Source: a virus
Taxonomy: Duplodnaviria; Caudoviricetes
IMG/VR virus record: IMGVR_UViG_3300020473_000031
Span: 1 to 60,606 of that record
Length of the DNA stretch: 60,606 bases
Strand: one strand, 5' to 3'
The position numbers and the translations under genes are program-made. The notes beneath the pieces were generated by a model. It did no database searches. It was given only the letters and a program-made list of their open reading frames with translations, and was not told where the DNA came from. How positions within the stretch are numbered: the first letter of the stretch is position 1; every line of letters begins with the position of its first letter. Positions 50,676-58,821 of the stretch are shown piece after piece.

Positions 50676-51370
50676 CTATTAAACATAACGTTTTTCACAT
50701 CCTTCTTTATTTGGTTCTGTTTTTCCACATCTCGTCTTTTTTTATTCTCAGTCATATCTGCCATTGTTTTAGAATCTAAAAAATGTGTCATACACCATCT
50801 ACCCATATTTTGACCTGCATATTTTGGATGCAATCTAACTTCCAGAACCTGATGCCTAATAAATGATGGGAAAAGTATCATTCTATTGCTAACTACTTCA
50901 ATATCAAGCTTATAATCAGGAAATATAAACTGCCCTCCTTCAAATTTTTTAGGTTCTTTAAAAAACCAAAATAGACCAGTAACCGTTGATGCATCTGTAT
51001 GTGCTCTATAATAGTTGTCACTTTCATAATATGACAATAATGTAGCATCATAGTCGCAAGTCTTAATAAAATTGGTAAAAAACCAACTTTTTCCCTGTTG
51101 TAAGACCTCTTCTGTGAAAATTTTGCGATTTAGGCGTAAAATTTCGCATTTTTCCCGTTTTTTTGCAAAATATTCGTCTAAATGAATGCATTTATTCATT
51201 TTTAGGAAGCCATTCTCATCAAAAGCACTATAAGAGTCGACTGGATCTAAGAAAATGTCCTCTTTATACAGTTTATCGACCTCATTCCACAATATTTCCA
51301 TCTCTTCTTCATCAAAGTAATCATCAACAACGATGAATGGAAACCCATGTTCATGTGTTTGTATTTGCAT
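50672..51370 (-). CDS. 2OG-Fe(II) oxygenase (prolyl-4-hydroxylase-like)
   Basis: YYRAHTD (HxD)...FEGGQFIF...NRMILFPSFIRHQV...GRW: facial triad and 2OG-binding Arg. Confidence 0.88.
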   Translation of the reverse strand: MQIQTHEHGFPFIVVDDYFDEEEMEILWNEVDKLYKEDIFLDPVDSYSAFDENGFLKMNKCIHLDEYFAKKREKCEILRLNRKIFTEEVLQQGKSWFFTNFIKTCDYDATLLSYYESDNYYRAHTDASTVTGLFWFFKEPKKFEGGQFIFPDYKLDIEVVSNRMILFPSFIRHQVLEVRLHPKYAGQNMGRWCMTHFLDSKTMADMTENKKRRDVEKQNQIKKDVKNVMFNR

Positions 51371-51372
51371 AA

Positions 51373-51969
51373 TTAATAATTGCTCTCGTTTCTATCGAAG
51401 ACTATGTTAAAAGATAAACTCATTCTATCATGATTTGTCTGATTTGTCGTTATACCATGCATCAACCAACCAGGAAAGAAGGCAAGCAGACCATTACTAG
51501 GAACTATTTGCTCTCTTTCACATAAACCTTTATAGCAAAAAGATGAAGTCATAGCAGGAGTTGGATTTTCAAAGTATATATTACCATCAGATCCATCAGT
51601 TTTATAATAGTATACTCCAGACACATCACTAGTACCATGATGATGGCAATGTCCATAATTACCTTTTTTAAATAAAGAAATCCATGAACTTCCAATATAT
51701 CCATTAGTATGAGGAAAACCTATAGCTTTCATATAATGGTCTAAATGATATACAATTTGATCTCTCAAAAAGTTTAGATCATTTTTAATAATGAAATTAT
51801 CTTTAAAAGTTGGGTCTGAAAGGAAATGGGTTGCACCCCAATCCCCTTTCATTCCAAATTCAACTTCTTTTACTGCTGTAGTAATTTCATTTTGTATTTC
51901 ATCGAAATTATCAACCTTCTCCACCCAATATATTGGAGTTGGATACAAATTAGCTAAAGTGCCTTTCAT
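51373..51969 (-). CDS. Putative 2OG-Fe(II) oxygenase (TIGR02466-like)
   Basis: LYPTPIY, SW, HHH...SGVYY, GNIYFENP, FFPGWLMHGI, RMSLSFN. Confidence 0.85.
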   Translation of the reverse strand: MKGTLANLYPTPIYWVEKVDNFDEIQNEITTAVKEVEFGMKGDWGATHFLSDPTFKDNFIIKNDLNFLRDQIVYHLDHYMKAIGFPHTNGYIGSSWISLFKKGNYGHCHHHGTSDVSGVYYYKTDGSDGNIYFENPTPAMTSSFCYKGLCEREQIVPSNGLLAFFPGWLMHGITTNQTNHDRMSLSFNIVFDRNESNY

Positions 51970-52643
51970 TTTCCAGTAATAGTTCCCCAGAGTACTTTAA
52001 GTAGTCCTTTTTTAGCATCTCCCTGAAGTTCATCAAAAATATACATGTTAAGTCTGAATGCATAGTTTGCTTCAGCAATTAATGAATTGACTTGATTCTC
52101 ATTAACTTCTAATCCATCTAGAACTGCCCTGTAATCGGTTTTAAACGCCTTTGCATCATTTATCATAGGAAAGTCGTAAAAGTGTAATCCCTCTCCTTCA
52201 GGGGGATTTAACGCCTTCTTAGCAATACCCTTAAGGATTTGACCACCTGATAAATCACCAATATACCTAGTATAATGATGTGCTATAAGAAGATATGGAT
52301 CCTTCTCTGCAATTTCATTAAGTCTATAGCAATATGTGTTACAAGCCTCTGATGGGGTTAACATATCTCTGTACATAGGACCATAGTAATATCTAAGATC
52401 TCTATTAAGAAATGCGGTTCTATAAAGTTTAGCACCCCACTGCTTTAATACACTTGCTAGAGGATCCTTAGTTTCCTCTATCCTCTGCTCCATTGTCTCA
52501 TAGACATAATAAAAGTCCGTGATTAGTTTACGGTACTCTTCTGGGTTTAATACTCCTTTAAGGAATCCAGCAACAAATTTAGTATTTTCTGCTGCATTAT
52601 GAGATTTTTTAGTACCTTCTTTTAATCTAGTTGATAAAGTCAT
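51966..52643 (-). CDS. ho1: Heme oxygenase (cyanobacterial type, auxiliary metabolic gene)
   Basis: LKEGTKKSHNAAEN (proximal His), LIAHHYTRYIGDLSGGQILK, GLHFYDF, EANYAFRLNM. Confidence 0.95.
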   Translation of the reverse strand: MTLSTRLKEGTKKSHNAAENTKFVAGFLKGVLNPEEYRKLITDFYYVYETMEQRIEETKDPLASVLKQWGAKLYRTAFLNRDLRYYYGPMYRDMLTPSEACNTYCYRLNEIAEKDPYLLIAHHYTRYIGDLSGGQILKGIAKKALNPPEGEGLHFYDFPMINDAKAFKTDYRAVLDGLEVNENQVNSLIAEANYAFRLNMYIFDELQGDAKKGLLKVLWGTITGK

Positions 52644-54106
52644 AATTCTCTATGTTTTTTTAGGAAAATGTTGCCTGATATAGCACATCTACCGTTACAC
52701 TTATTAGGTGGAACCTTGTGCTTCATTCTACTTTCAAAAATAACTACCTTACCTGGTCTTGGATCTATTATACCCTCTGGATTCTGAAATAGCAAGGGTG
52801 ATGATCCTTCTGGAACATTGACATAATAAACAAAGGAATAACAACTAATTCCATGATTATGCCATTCTATATCTTCACCTTCCTTATATGTAACTGCCCA
52901 TGTCTCTACTGTCTTAAAATCATGCTCTGGAGGATCAAACTGATCATCAATAATTCGTTGAACCCAATCAACCATAGTTTTAACATGCTCTTGACTTGAA
53001 TACAAGTCCCAGTCAGTCATTGTGCAATGTGCTTCTTCAGGATTTACTCCTGTCTTACCAGATCCCAAATCTTGTATGATATAAAATAATTTCTCATTAA
53101 TATCATTATATGGTGGATAATGATATTCACCAATTTTCTTACCTGTATGTTCTGGTAGAGATACTATAGAAGTACTAGTACTACGATGATTTCTTTCTAA
53201 TGTACCTGTTTCTACAAAGTCACTTAAATCCGTATTCATTTCTACAGGTACTTTTGTATTAGTATTGAGAACTATATTACCAGATATAGAAATTCTATAT
53301 TCATTATTATTAAAGAATGGGTATACCTGATGCTTTAAATTAGATGGGAATAGAAGCATAGTACCTTCTAATGGTGATCCCATATCATACCAAAATGAAT
53401 GACTAGCACCAAAAATATCAGTATAATGAAATTCAAATGATCCATTTGAAGCATGACCTGACATCTTACCTGCTCTTTTAGCAATGGCAACTTCTGGATT
53501 TGATCCTGTTTCGTTCTGTTCCTCATTAGTATAAGGAATTTTCATCCAAATAACAAAACTAAAACATCCAGTATGGTCGTGAGTAGGGTTATATTCACCT
53601 TGACGCTGATAATTTACCCACCATTTATGTAAACAAAAAGGATGTAGGTTATTAACCGCAATTTTATCTCCTGGATTACCAAAGTTATGCATATAATCTT
53701 GCATCAATGGATCCAAGACGTTAATGAAAAAGTAATCTTCCTTATCTTCAAGATAATAACTGTCCATTACATGACCAGCAAGCATCTCACCACAAGTTTC
53801 TCCCTTATTACCAATCATATCCCAAAGGAACTTCATATGATCCGCACTAAGTTTTTTCTCCATCCACCCACCAGTAAAAGGTACGATAGGTCTAGAAGAC
53901 TCTTCCTTACTATTGTAATAATCTACTGCATTTGCTGGTTTTAGATATAAATCCGATTCTCCTTGAGTATTCCTTGGTACTGGTGGAACACCTTTAGGAA
54001 TTCTATAATCATATGATTCATCAGCAATACCAGAATTACCCTCCCTTTGTATAACAGAGGATTTAGATTCTCTATCAGGGTTCTTTTTCTGATTAATAAT
54101 GCCCAT
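52640..54106 (-). CDS. Protein with two tandem putative 2OG-Fe(II) oxygenase domains
   Basis: Domain 1: WVNYQRQGEYNPTHDH..FSFVIW...LFPSNLKHQVYP...RISISGN. Domain 2: TWAVTY..GE..EWHNH..YSFVYY...IFESRMKHKVPP...RCAISGN. Confidence 0.85.
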   Translation of the reverse strand: MGIINQKKNPDRESKSSVIQREGNSGIADESYDYRIPKGVPPVPRNTQGESDLYLKPANAVDYYNSKEESSRPIVPFTGGWMEKKLSADHMKFLWDMIGNKGETCGEMLAGHVMDSYYLEDKEDYFFINVLDPLMQDYMHNFGNPGDKIAVNNLHPFCLHKWWVNYQRQGEYNPTHDHTGCFSFVIWMKIPYTNEEQNETGSNPEVAIAKRAGKMSGHASNGSFEFHYTDIFGASHSFWYDMGSPLEGTMLLFPSNLKHQVYPFFNNNEYRISISGNIVLNTNTKVPVEMNTDLSDFVETGTLERNHRSTSTSIVSLPEHTGKKIGEYHYPPYNDINEKLFYIIQDLGSGKTGVNPEEAHCTMTDWDLYSSQEHVKTMVDWVQRIIDDQFDPPEHDFKTVETWAVTYKEGEDIEWHNHGISCYSFVYYVNVPEGSSPLLFQNPEGIIDPRPGKVVIFESRMKHKVPPNKCNGRCAISGNIFLKKHREL

Positions 54107-54258
54107 TATCTACCCTGTCCTCGATAGGCTTTCTTCTTTGCATTACGTGAAGTAGCACTCAACTTAGTATGAGGACTTCTTCCTTGACGAGTCTTTTTAG
54201 GTTGCGGAAGAATGTAATCAGTATTACTCCACGCACCACCATTTTTGAACTTTGGCAT
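54106..54258 (-). CDS. Small highly basic protein (50 aa)
   Basis: Below the ORF-track cutoff; hand-translated MPKFKNGGAWSNTDYILPQPKKTRQGRSPHTKLSATSRNAKKKAYRGQGR; fills the gap exactly, with TAATG coupling to the next gene. Confidence 0.8.
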   Translation of the reverse strand: MPKFKNGGAWSNTDYILPQPKKTRQGRSPHTKLSATSRNAKKKAYRGQGR

Positions 54259-54260
54259 AA

Positions 54261-54800
54261 TTAATCTCCAATAAAAACGTCTTTACTCCCACCTGAGATA
54301 GTTGATAAGCAAGGCCACGTAGTTGTGTTCTCACCTAAATCGTCACCTATTCTACCAGCAAGCTTGCCTGTAATCCATACAGTCTTCGTACTAGAGTAAC
54401 ATCTCCGTTGATGTCCCTCTGAAGACTCTCTACCACCTGATATACCCTCCGTGCAATGCCACGCAGGACTTGATCTGACAGTAAAACACTTTCTACCAAC
54501 GGAAGTAGTAGTGTGTTTTGTTTTAGTAGGGTGTAGAACAAGCTCATCTCTATCTATGATAGGGATCTTGTTGTTTATTATAACACTCCTTTCTAACTTT
54601 TGTCTAGGTTTTTGTTCAGTAGGTTTCCAAGTTGTAACAGCATCCATCTGTGCTACGGGTTTTGGGTTAATTTGCCCTGCTGTTGGTGAGTGAGGGCATC
54701 CACCAAGTACTCCTCCACCTAGTCCTGGGTGGTGTGAAGATCCACTACCACTACCATGACCGCTACAATTACCTTTAAATAACGCTGCTCCTATTGCCAT
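54261..54800 (-). CDS. PAAR-like baseplate spike tip protein (gp5.4-like), extended
   Basis: Start moved to MAIGAALFKGNCSGHG at 54800 (TAATG coupling); SVIINNK, KTVWITGKLAGRIGD and GGSKDVFIG are PAAR-type repeats; Cys/His candidate metal ligands. Confidence 0.78.
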   Translation of the reverse strand: MAIGAALFKGNCSGHGSGSGSSHHPGLGGGVLGGCPHSPTAGQINPKPVAQMDAVTTWKPTEQKPRQKLERSVIINNKIPIIDRDELVLHPTKTKHTTTSVGRKCFTVRSSPAWHCTEGISGGRESSEGHQRRCYSSTKTVWITGKLAGRIGDDLGENTTTWPCLSTISGGSKDVFIGD

Positions 54801-57202
54801 TATGGTAAATACATTCCTGTATCGTAAGGGTTTCCGTATGCAGCGATTGCTGCGTTCCAAGCTGATCTAGCTCTGGTTAGATCATTCCATATTTTCATCT
54901 TTCCACTTGCAGTCCACGGTTTGCATCCATCCCCAAGTAACCCAGACATGGTAATTGTCTGATTTGGACCAGGAGTTGAACCTGCAGGTGCAGTACATGA
55001 TATATGTCCACACCCACTTTCCACGGTACTACATGATAATGTTACATTAATATCTATACTATCTTGGGGATCTGGTCTATATTGCTTCATCATATACTTA
55101 GTATACTCTGACGCATGAGGTAATTCACTCACTCTTCCCTGTACTGTAGTGACATAACGCTCATCATGGTTACTAAATTCAGGAATAATCTTTTGTGTTA
55201 TGTCATCTATGTGCTGCATTCTACTTCTATGATTCTCATCACGGAGATATTTCTTAAGAATATCTTTTAAATCCGTAGGTATTACAGTACTATTCTCTAC
55301 TATGCTCATATCTAAGTCATCAATTGCGTTAGTTTCCTTTAATGGGTTTGTAGCACTGTCACTATACATCCTTTGAGCCTTTTGTCTAACACGTTGAGCG
55401 TCAGGATCACCTTTAACACTGAAGTCTGCTACCTTATATTGATCTAAAAAGTTCTGAGGTAGGTTTTCTATTGCTCTTAACGTAGCAGCAGTTGATACTG
55501 AGTCACCTTCTGGCAAAGAAAGTAGGTATGCTCTTATATCATCCGCATATGTCGATCTATATGCACCGTTATCTATGGTACGATCTACTACCTTATGTAC
55601 ATTTCTTATCTGTAATTGCGGTGGAGATGAGGAAGAATACCCAGATCCTCCGTCAGTTACCTGAATACCAGTCATCGCACCGCCTACAAATTGAGCATTT
55701 ACAGTTGCTCTCTTACCTGTGGTGGTTAAGGGGGCGGTAATATACACATCTGGTACAGCATCTAGCGTTTGCCAACCAGATCCACCATCAACTATACTAA
55801 TATTATCTACTTGTCCATTAACAATAGACATAGTAACCTGTGGTACTCTTAGGTCATGGAACCTATTTGGTGCATCTTGATCTACATCAGCAGTAACATA
55901 CTGTATAGACTTATTCATAAACTCATAAAAACCTACAAGATGTGCTCGGTCTGGAATACCCCAACCTGCTTTTGCTGTAATTACGTGGTTCCTATCAGAT
56001 GTATACTGTGTCTCTTTAACAAAATTACTACCACAAGCATCAATATATGCTATATGGTATGGAAAATTATCTAAATCGGTATGAAATACACGAGTTATTA
56101 TATGACCATTGATTGTATCACCTGCTCTTAGTACATCAAACCCTTCTTGACCCTCTGTTGCTTGTACTGGACCTACTGTTTTAATTTTTATGTTATTAGT
56201 AAGAACAGTTGTACTATTATCTGGAAGGGTATGAGTATAACTTAGAGGAAATGTGGTTCCCACGGTGTAGCCCGTCCCAGGCGATAAGACCTCTGTAATA
56301 CGCCAGGACGTGCCTGAAAAGACTGTTGGGTCTGGATCATCATCAAATATAGGTTTAATCTCAACTTTAATCCTAAGACCTTGTGCAAGACCAGAATCTA
56401 ATTCAAATATCTTGAAGTCACTGAACGCCTCGTCGCCAGCCTGGTAGGGGTTCTGTGCCGTAGTATACTCAGTACCAGTCGTTTCATTCTCATTCCAACT
56501 ATCAGTATAGGTTACTCCATCATATGACAACTCAAAGTCTAGACATCCATTAGGTAACGTGGTTGAAAGCGAGTCATAACTGAACGTTAGTTTAGGACTT
56601 TGAGTATCTACTGCAAATAAAGTCGAATGAGGGCAGTCGGGGTCGTCTGAATCCCTTCCTTCATTTCCCACAGTATACGATATTGTGGTCGAAGCGGGGG
56701 TGCAGTCAAAATCACCACAAGGAAAACAAGTAGATGATGATGAATATTCTCCTCCACTATCTGTATTATCTGTTTCTTCTGTCTCTATATGATAGCAAGG
56801 TGTTCCTAATATACCTGCTTTATCGGTAGTATCAAATAAGTATGACATCCATGTATCAGAATACCCAAAATCAAAAGAAAGACCTGTAGGGTAGTAGTCA
56901 TATACAAATAAACAATCTCCAGCACTCTCTCCTTCTTCTAATGACTCAACGTTTAAGCGAGTTGCCTTACCACACATACCATCAGTTAACATGTCTGCTG
57001 GATTTCCACCTTCGTTGCATACTAGATCAGATTGATACTGAACAGTTGTGCCATCTCTCGCAGGTACGTTGTAAGGTAGATTACCTATTCTAATCGTTGC
57101 TTGAGGGTATTCGATAAATTCTACACTAACACCATCAGCAGTACCTGGATGAGATCTCACACAGGAATTTGTATATCTTTCTCCAACAGGTTTACAACCC
57201 AT
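54800..57202 (-). CDS. Cys-rich probable virion structural protein (800 aa)
   Basis: GxGY modules (VLSPGTGY, IVDGGSGW, VTDGGSGY) like those of the baseplate proteins; Cys clusters at both ends; coupled to the PAAR gene. Confidence 0.6.
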   Translation of the reverse strand: MGCKPVGERYTNSCVRSHPGTADGVSVEFIEYPQATIRIGNLPYNVPARDGTTVQYQSDLVCNEGGNPADMLTDGMCGKATRLNVESLEEGESAGDCLFVYDYYPTGLSFDFGYSDTWMSYLFDTTDKAGILGTPCYHIETEETDNTDSGGEYSSSSTCFPCGDFDCTPASTTISYTVGNEGRDSDDPDCPHSTLFAVDTQSPKLTFSYDSLSTTLPNGCLDFELSYDGVTYTDSWNENETTGTEYTTAQNPYQAGDEAFSDFKIFELDSGLAQGLRIKVEIKPIFDDDPDPTVFSGTSWRITEVLSPGTGYTVGTTFPLSYTHTLPDNSTTVLTNNIKIKTVGPVQATEGQEGFDVLRAGDTINGHIITRVFHTDLDNFPYHIAYIDACGSNFVKETQYTSDRNHVITAKAGWGIPDRAHLVGFYEFMNKSIQYVTADVDQDAPNRFHDLRVPQVTMSIVNGQVDNISIVDGGSGWQTLDAVPDVYITAPLTTTGKRATVNAQFVGGAMTGIQVTDGGSGYSSSSPPQLQIRNVHKVVDRTIDNGAYRSTYADDIRAYLLSLPEGDSVSTAATLRAIENLPQNFLDQYKVADFSVKGDPDAQRVRQKAQRMYSDSATNPLKETNAIDDLDMSIVENSTVIPTDLKDILKKYLRDENHRSRMQHIDDITQKIIPEFSNHDERYVTTVQGRVSELPHASEYTKYMMKQYRPDPQDSIDINVTLSCSTVESGCGHISCTAPAGSTPGPNQTITMSGLLGDGCKPWTASGKMKIWNDLTRARSAWNAAIAAYGNPYDTGMYLP

Positions 57203-57506
57203 TTATCTTTTCCTCTAAAGCAGTAAGTCTTTTACCATGATCTGTAGAAGGTGCTTTATGTGCCATTGCTTCTAATTCTTCTAACCTACGATATATCTCA
57301 TCATAGTTCTCTTTAATATTTAGATACTCCTCTGCTCCTTTTGGTTTATATAATATCTTCTCAGGAGTTGCTAGGTCATTAACATACTTTGTGACCTCTC
57401 CTAGACGTTCTGCTAGTCCTTGTACGCACTGATTGAGTACTTCGTGTGCCTCTGCATTATCTTGCCAAGGATCATACTCTGTAATATTCTGATTAGGATC
57501 ACTCAT
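57192..57506 (-). CDS. Hypothetical protein
   Basis: About 104 aa with ILYKPKG...NIKENYDEIYRRLEELE and coiled-coil character; overlaps both neighbours. Confidence 0.7.
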   Translation of the reverse strand: MSDPNQNITEYDPWQDNAEAHEVLNQCVQGLAERLGEVTKYVNDLATPEKILYKPKGAEEYLNIKENYDEIYRRLEELEAMAHKAPSTDHGKRLTALEEKINGL

Positions 57507-57660
57507 CACTTTTTTTAAATGTTAGTTTAGGTTCTTCTAAGGAGTATTCTAACACATCTTCTATATTCCAATCAAGTGCTTCTGCAACTTCTTCAGGAAT
57601 AGGAATGTATGCATCACCAAAATCATCCTCTTGTAGGGTAAGTGTGAATCTCTTTGACAT
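57499..57660 (-). CDS. AbrB/MazE/SpoVT-like small DNA-binding protein (53 aa)
   Basis: Not in the ORF track; MSKRFTLTLQEDDFGDAYIPIPEEVAEALDWNIEDVLEYSLEEPKLTFKKSDE fits the G-x-x-I-x-IP-x-E-x4-L-x-W-x3-D-x-L swapped-hairpin pattern. Confidence 0.7.
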   Translation of the reverse strand: MSKRFTLTLQEDDFGDAYIPIPEEVAEALDWNIEDVLEYSLEEPKLTFKKSDE

Positions 57661-57669
57661 ATTCAGTTA

Positions 57670-57882
57670 TCATAAACGGTTAACCGATGAAGTGGATGGT
57701 GTTCTTTTCTTAAAATCTTCCCAACTTTTAACTACATCTTTAACATCATTTATACAATCTGTACTTACACAAAGATCAGCACAGGCATACATTCTAGTAT
57801 CAAGACATCCCTCGTGCCTTATAAGGGTTTCGAGAACCCATGTACGTGTGTCTTGGAAATCTTGTGAAAACTCTACGGTCAT
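57670..57882 (-). CDS. Hypothetical protein
   Basis: 70-aa ORF, co-oriented, first gene after the 57883-58114 non-coding gap. Confidence 0.65.
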   Translation of the reverse strand: MTVEFSQDFQDTRTWVLETLIRHEGCLDTRMYACADLCVSTDCINDVKDVVKSWEDFKKRTPSTSSVNRL

Positions 57883-58078
57883 GTTTTTTACTGGGGAAAT
57901 TTTTTTAAAATATTTTTATATATCACTTGCTCTTGGGAACCTTTGTAGGTTAGGGTCTCTTACTTTTTTAATATAAGGGCCGCATCAAACATCGAGAACC
58001 CCCATCACCACTGTCATTTGGGCGGAGTTCTTTACATTTAGTAGATCAATTTAACTGTCTGAGTGTTACATAAGCATT

Positions 58079-58105
58079 AAAAAGGGAGTGCTGTTTAACA
58101 CTCCC
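58079..58105 (-). terminator. Rho-independent terminator
   Basis: Minus strand GGGAGTG-TTAAACAG-CACTCCC-TTTTT, about 10 nt after the 76-aa ORF stop. Confidence 0.82.
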
Positions 58106-58114
58106 ATTCTAACA

Positions 58115-58345
58115 TTATGCTGCTAGATTGTCAAGAACTGACTGGTCAATCTCTGTTACGTTTGTAACATTTTTCAACCACTTATTTATGTGGCGAGATG
58201 TAGTAACTGACCAAAACTTAGAGGTTCTAACATAACCCTCAGAGGGTAAATATGCTGCTACTGGTGTTCTATAACTGAAGAAGATTTGTGTTCCGTCGTT
58301 GATAGTAACTTCGTTCTGATTAGCAGCGATAGGTGTTAGTTTCAT
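58115..58345 (-). CDS. Small early-type phage protein (FSYxTPVA...SxTTSRHINKWL family)
   Basis: 76 aa; motif recognised from other phages, function unknown; has its own promoter and terminator. Confidence 0.8.
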   Translation of the reverse strand: MKLTPIAANQNEVTINDGTQIFFSYRTPVAAYLPSEGYVRTSKFWSVTTSRHINKWLKNVTNVTEIDQSVLDNLAA

Positions 58346-58377
58346 TTTAGGATTAATCCTTTGTTTGTTACTCTCTT

Positions 58378-58436
58378 ATTATAACCCCTGAGAGGTTACT
58401 TACAACAACCTGTGTGCCACTTTGTCAGGTGTCACA
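58378..58436 (-). promoter_or_regulatory. Early-type sigma70 promoter with upstream dyad
   Basis: TATAAT at 58378-58383; TTGTAA at 58400-58405 (16-nt spacer); inverted repeat TGTGCCAC-N8-GTGTCACA at 58413-58436. Confidence 0.7.
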
Positions 58437-58496
58437 TACTATGTGTTAACAACTCAATGTAATTAGGTCATGGGTTTCTGTTACCTCTCAAGGTAA

Positions 58497-58525
58497 ATTG
58501 TAGCATAATTTGTGATACTTTGCAA
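58497..58525 (-). promoter_or_regulatory. Sigma70-like promoter with extended -10
   Basis: Minus strand TTGCAA-N17-TACAAT, with TG one base upstream of the -10. Confidence 0.55.
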
Positions 58526-58587
58526 GAAATGTGTGCTTTCTACGATATACTTGACAGTCGGTAGATTGCATGCTAAGAGTGTTATTG

Positions 58588-58675
58588 TTTTCCACATTTC
58601 CACAGGTAAGTAACACTCAACCTAGTTTAATTAACCATTTAATTGTTTTCAACAATTCAGGGTAAGTTTTCCACA
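58588..58675 (+). promoter_or_regulatory. Cluster of DnaA-box-like nonamers
   Basis: TTTTCCACA at 58588-58596 and 58667-58675; one-mismatch ATTTCCACA at 58596-58604 and TTTTCAACA at 58646-58654; all in the same orientation. Confidence 0.5.
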
Positions 58676-58821
58676 TCCCTGTTAAATAGTGTCCATAATC
58701 TATGTTTTCTGATATAATCCCACTGCATGATAATTAACTCCTTAAGTGTTATAAACACATAGTTAATCTGTTCTCCGTGAGTAACATTTAAGTCATACTC
58801 TTTGTTCTCACTATTTGTCAT
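58657..58821 (-). CDS. Small hypothetical protein (54 aa)
   Basis: Not in the ORF track; MTNSENKEYDLNVTHGEQINYVFITLKELIIMQWDYIRKHRLWTLFNRDVENLP, with ATGA overlap to the upstream gene. Confidence 0.6.
   Translation of the reverse strand: MTNSENKEYDLNVTHGEQINYVFITLKELIIMQWDYIRKHRLWTLFNRDVENLP

Noticed and set aside
54801-54860. N-terminal extension of the PAAR ORF given in the track
   Set aside because: It overlaps the 800-aa gene; TAATG coupling points to the start at 54800.
57605-57976. 123-aa plus-strand ORF
   Set aside because: It is antisense to two better-supported minus-strand genes and runs into AT-rich non-coding DNA.
57883-58656. tRNA or known structured RNA in the non-coding gaps
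   Set aside because: No cloverleaf or T-loop motif was visible; a covariance-model search would be needed to exclude other RNAs.
58749-58757. Fifth DnaA-box-like nonamer TTATAAACA
   Set aside because: It has a mismatch at a key C and lies in the middle of a coding region.
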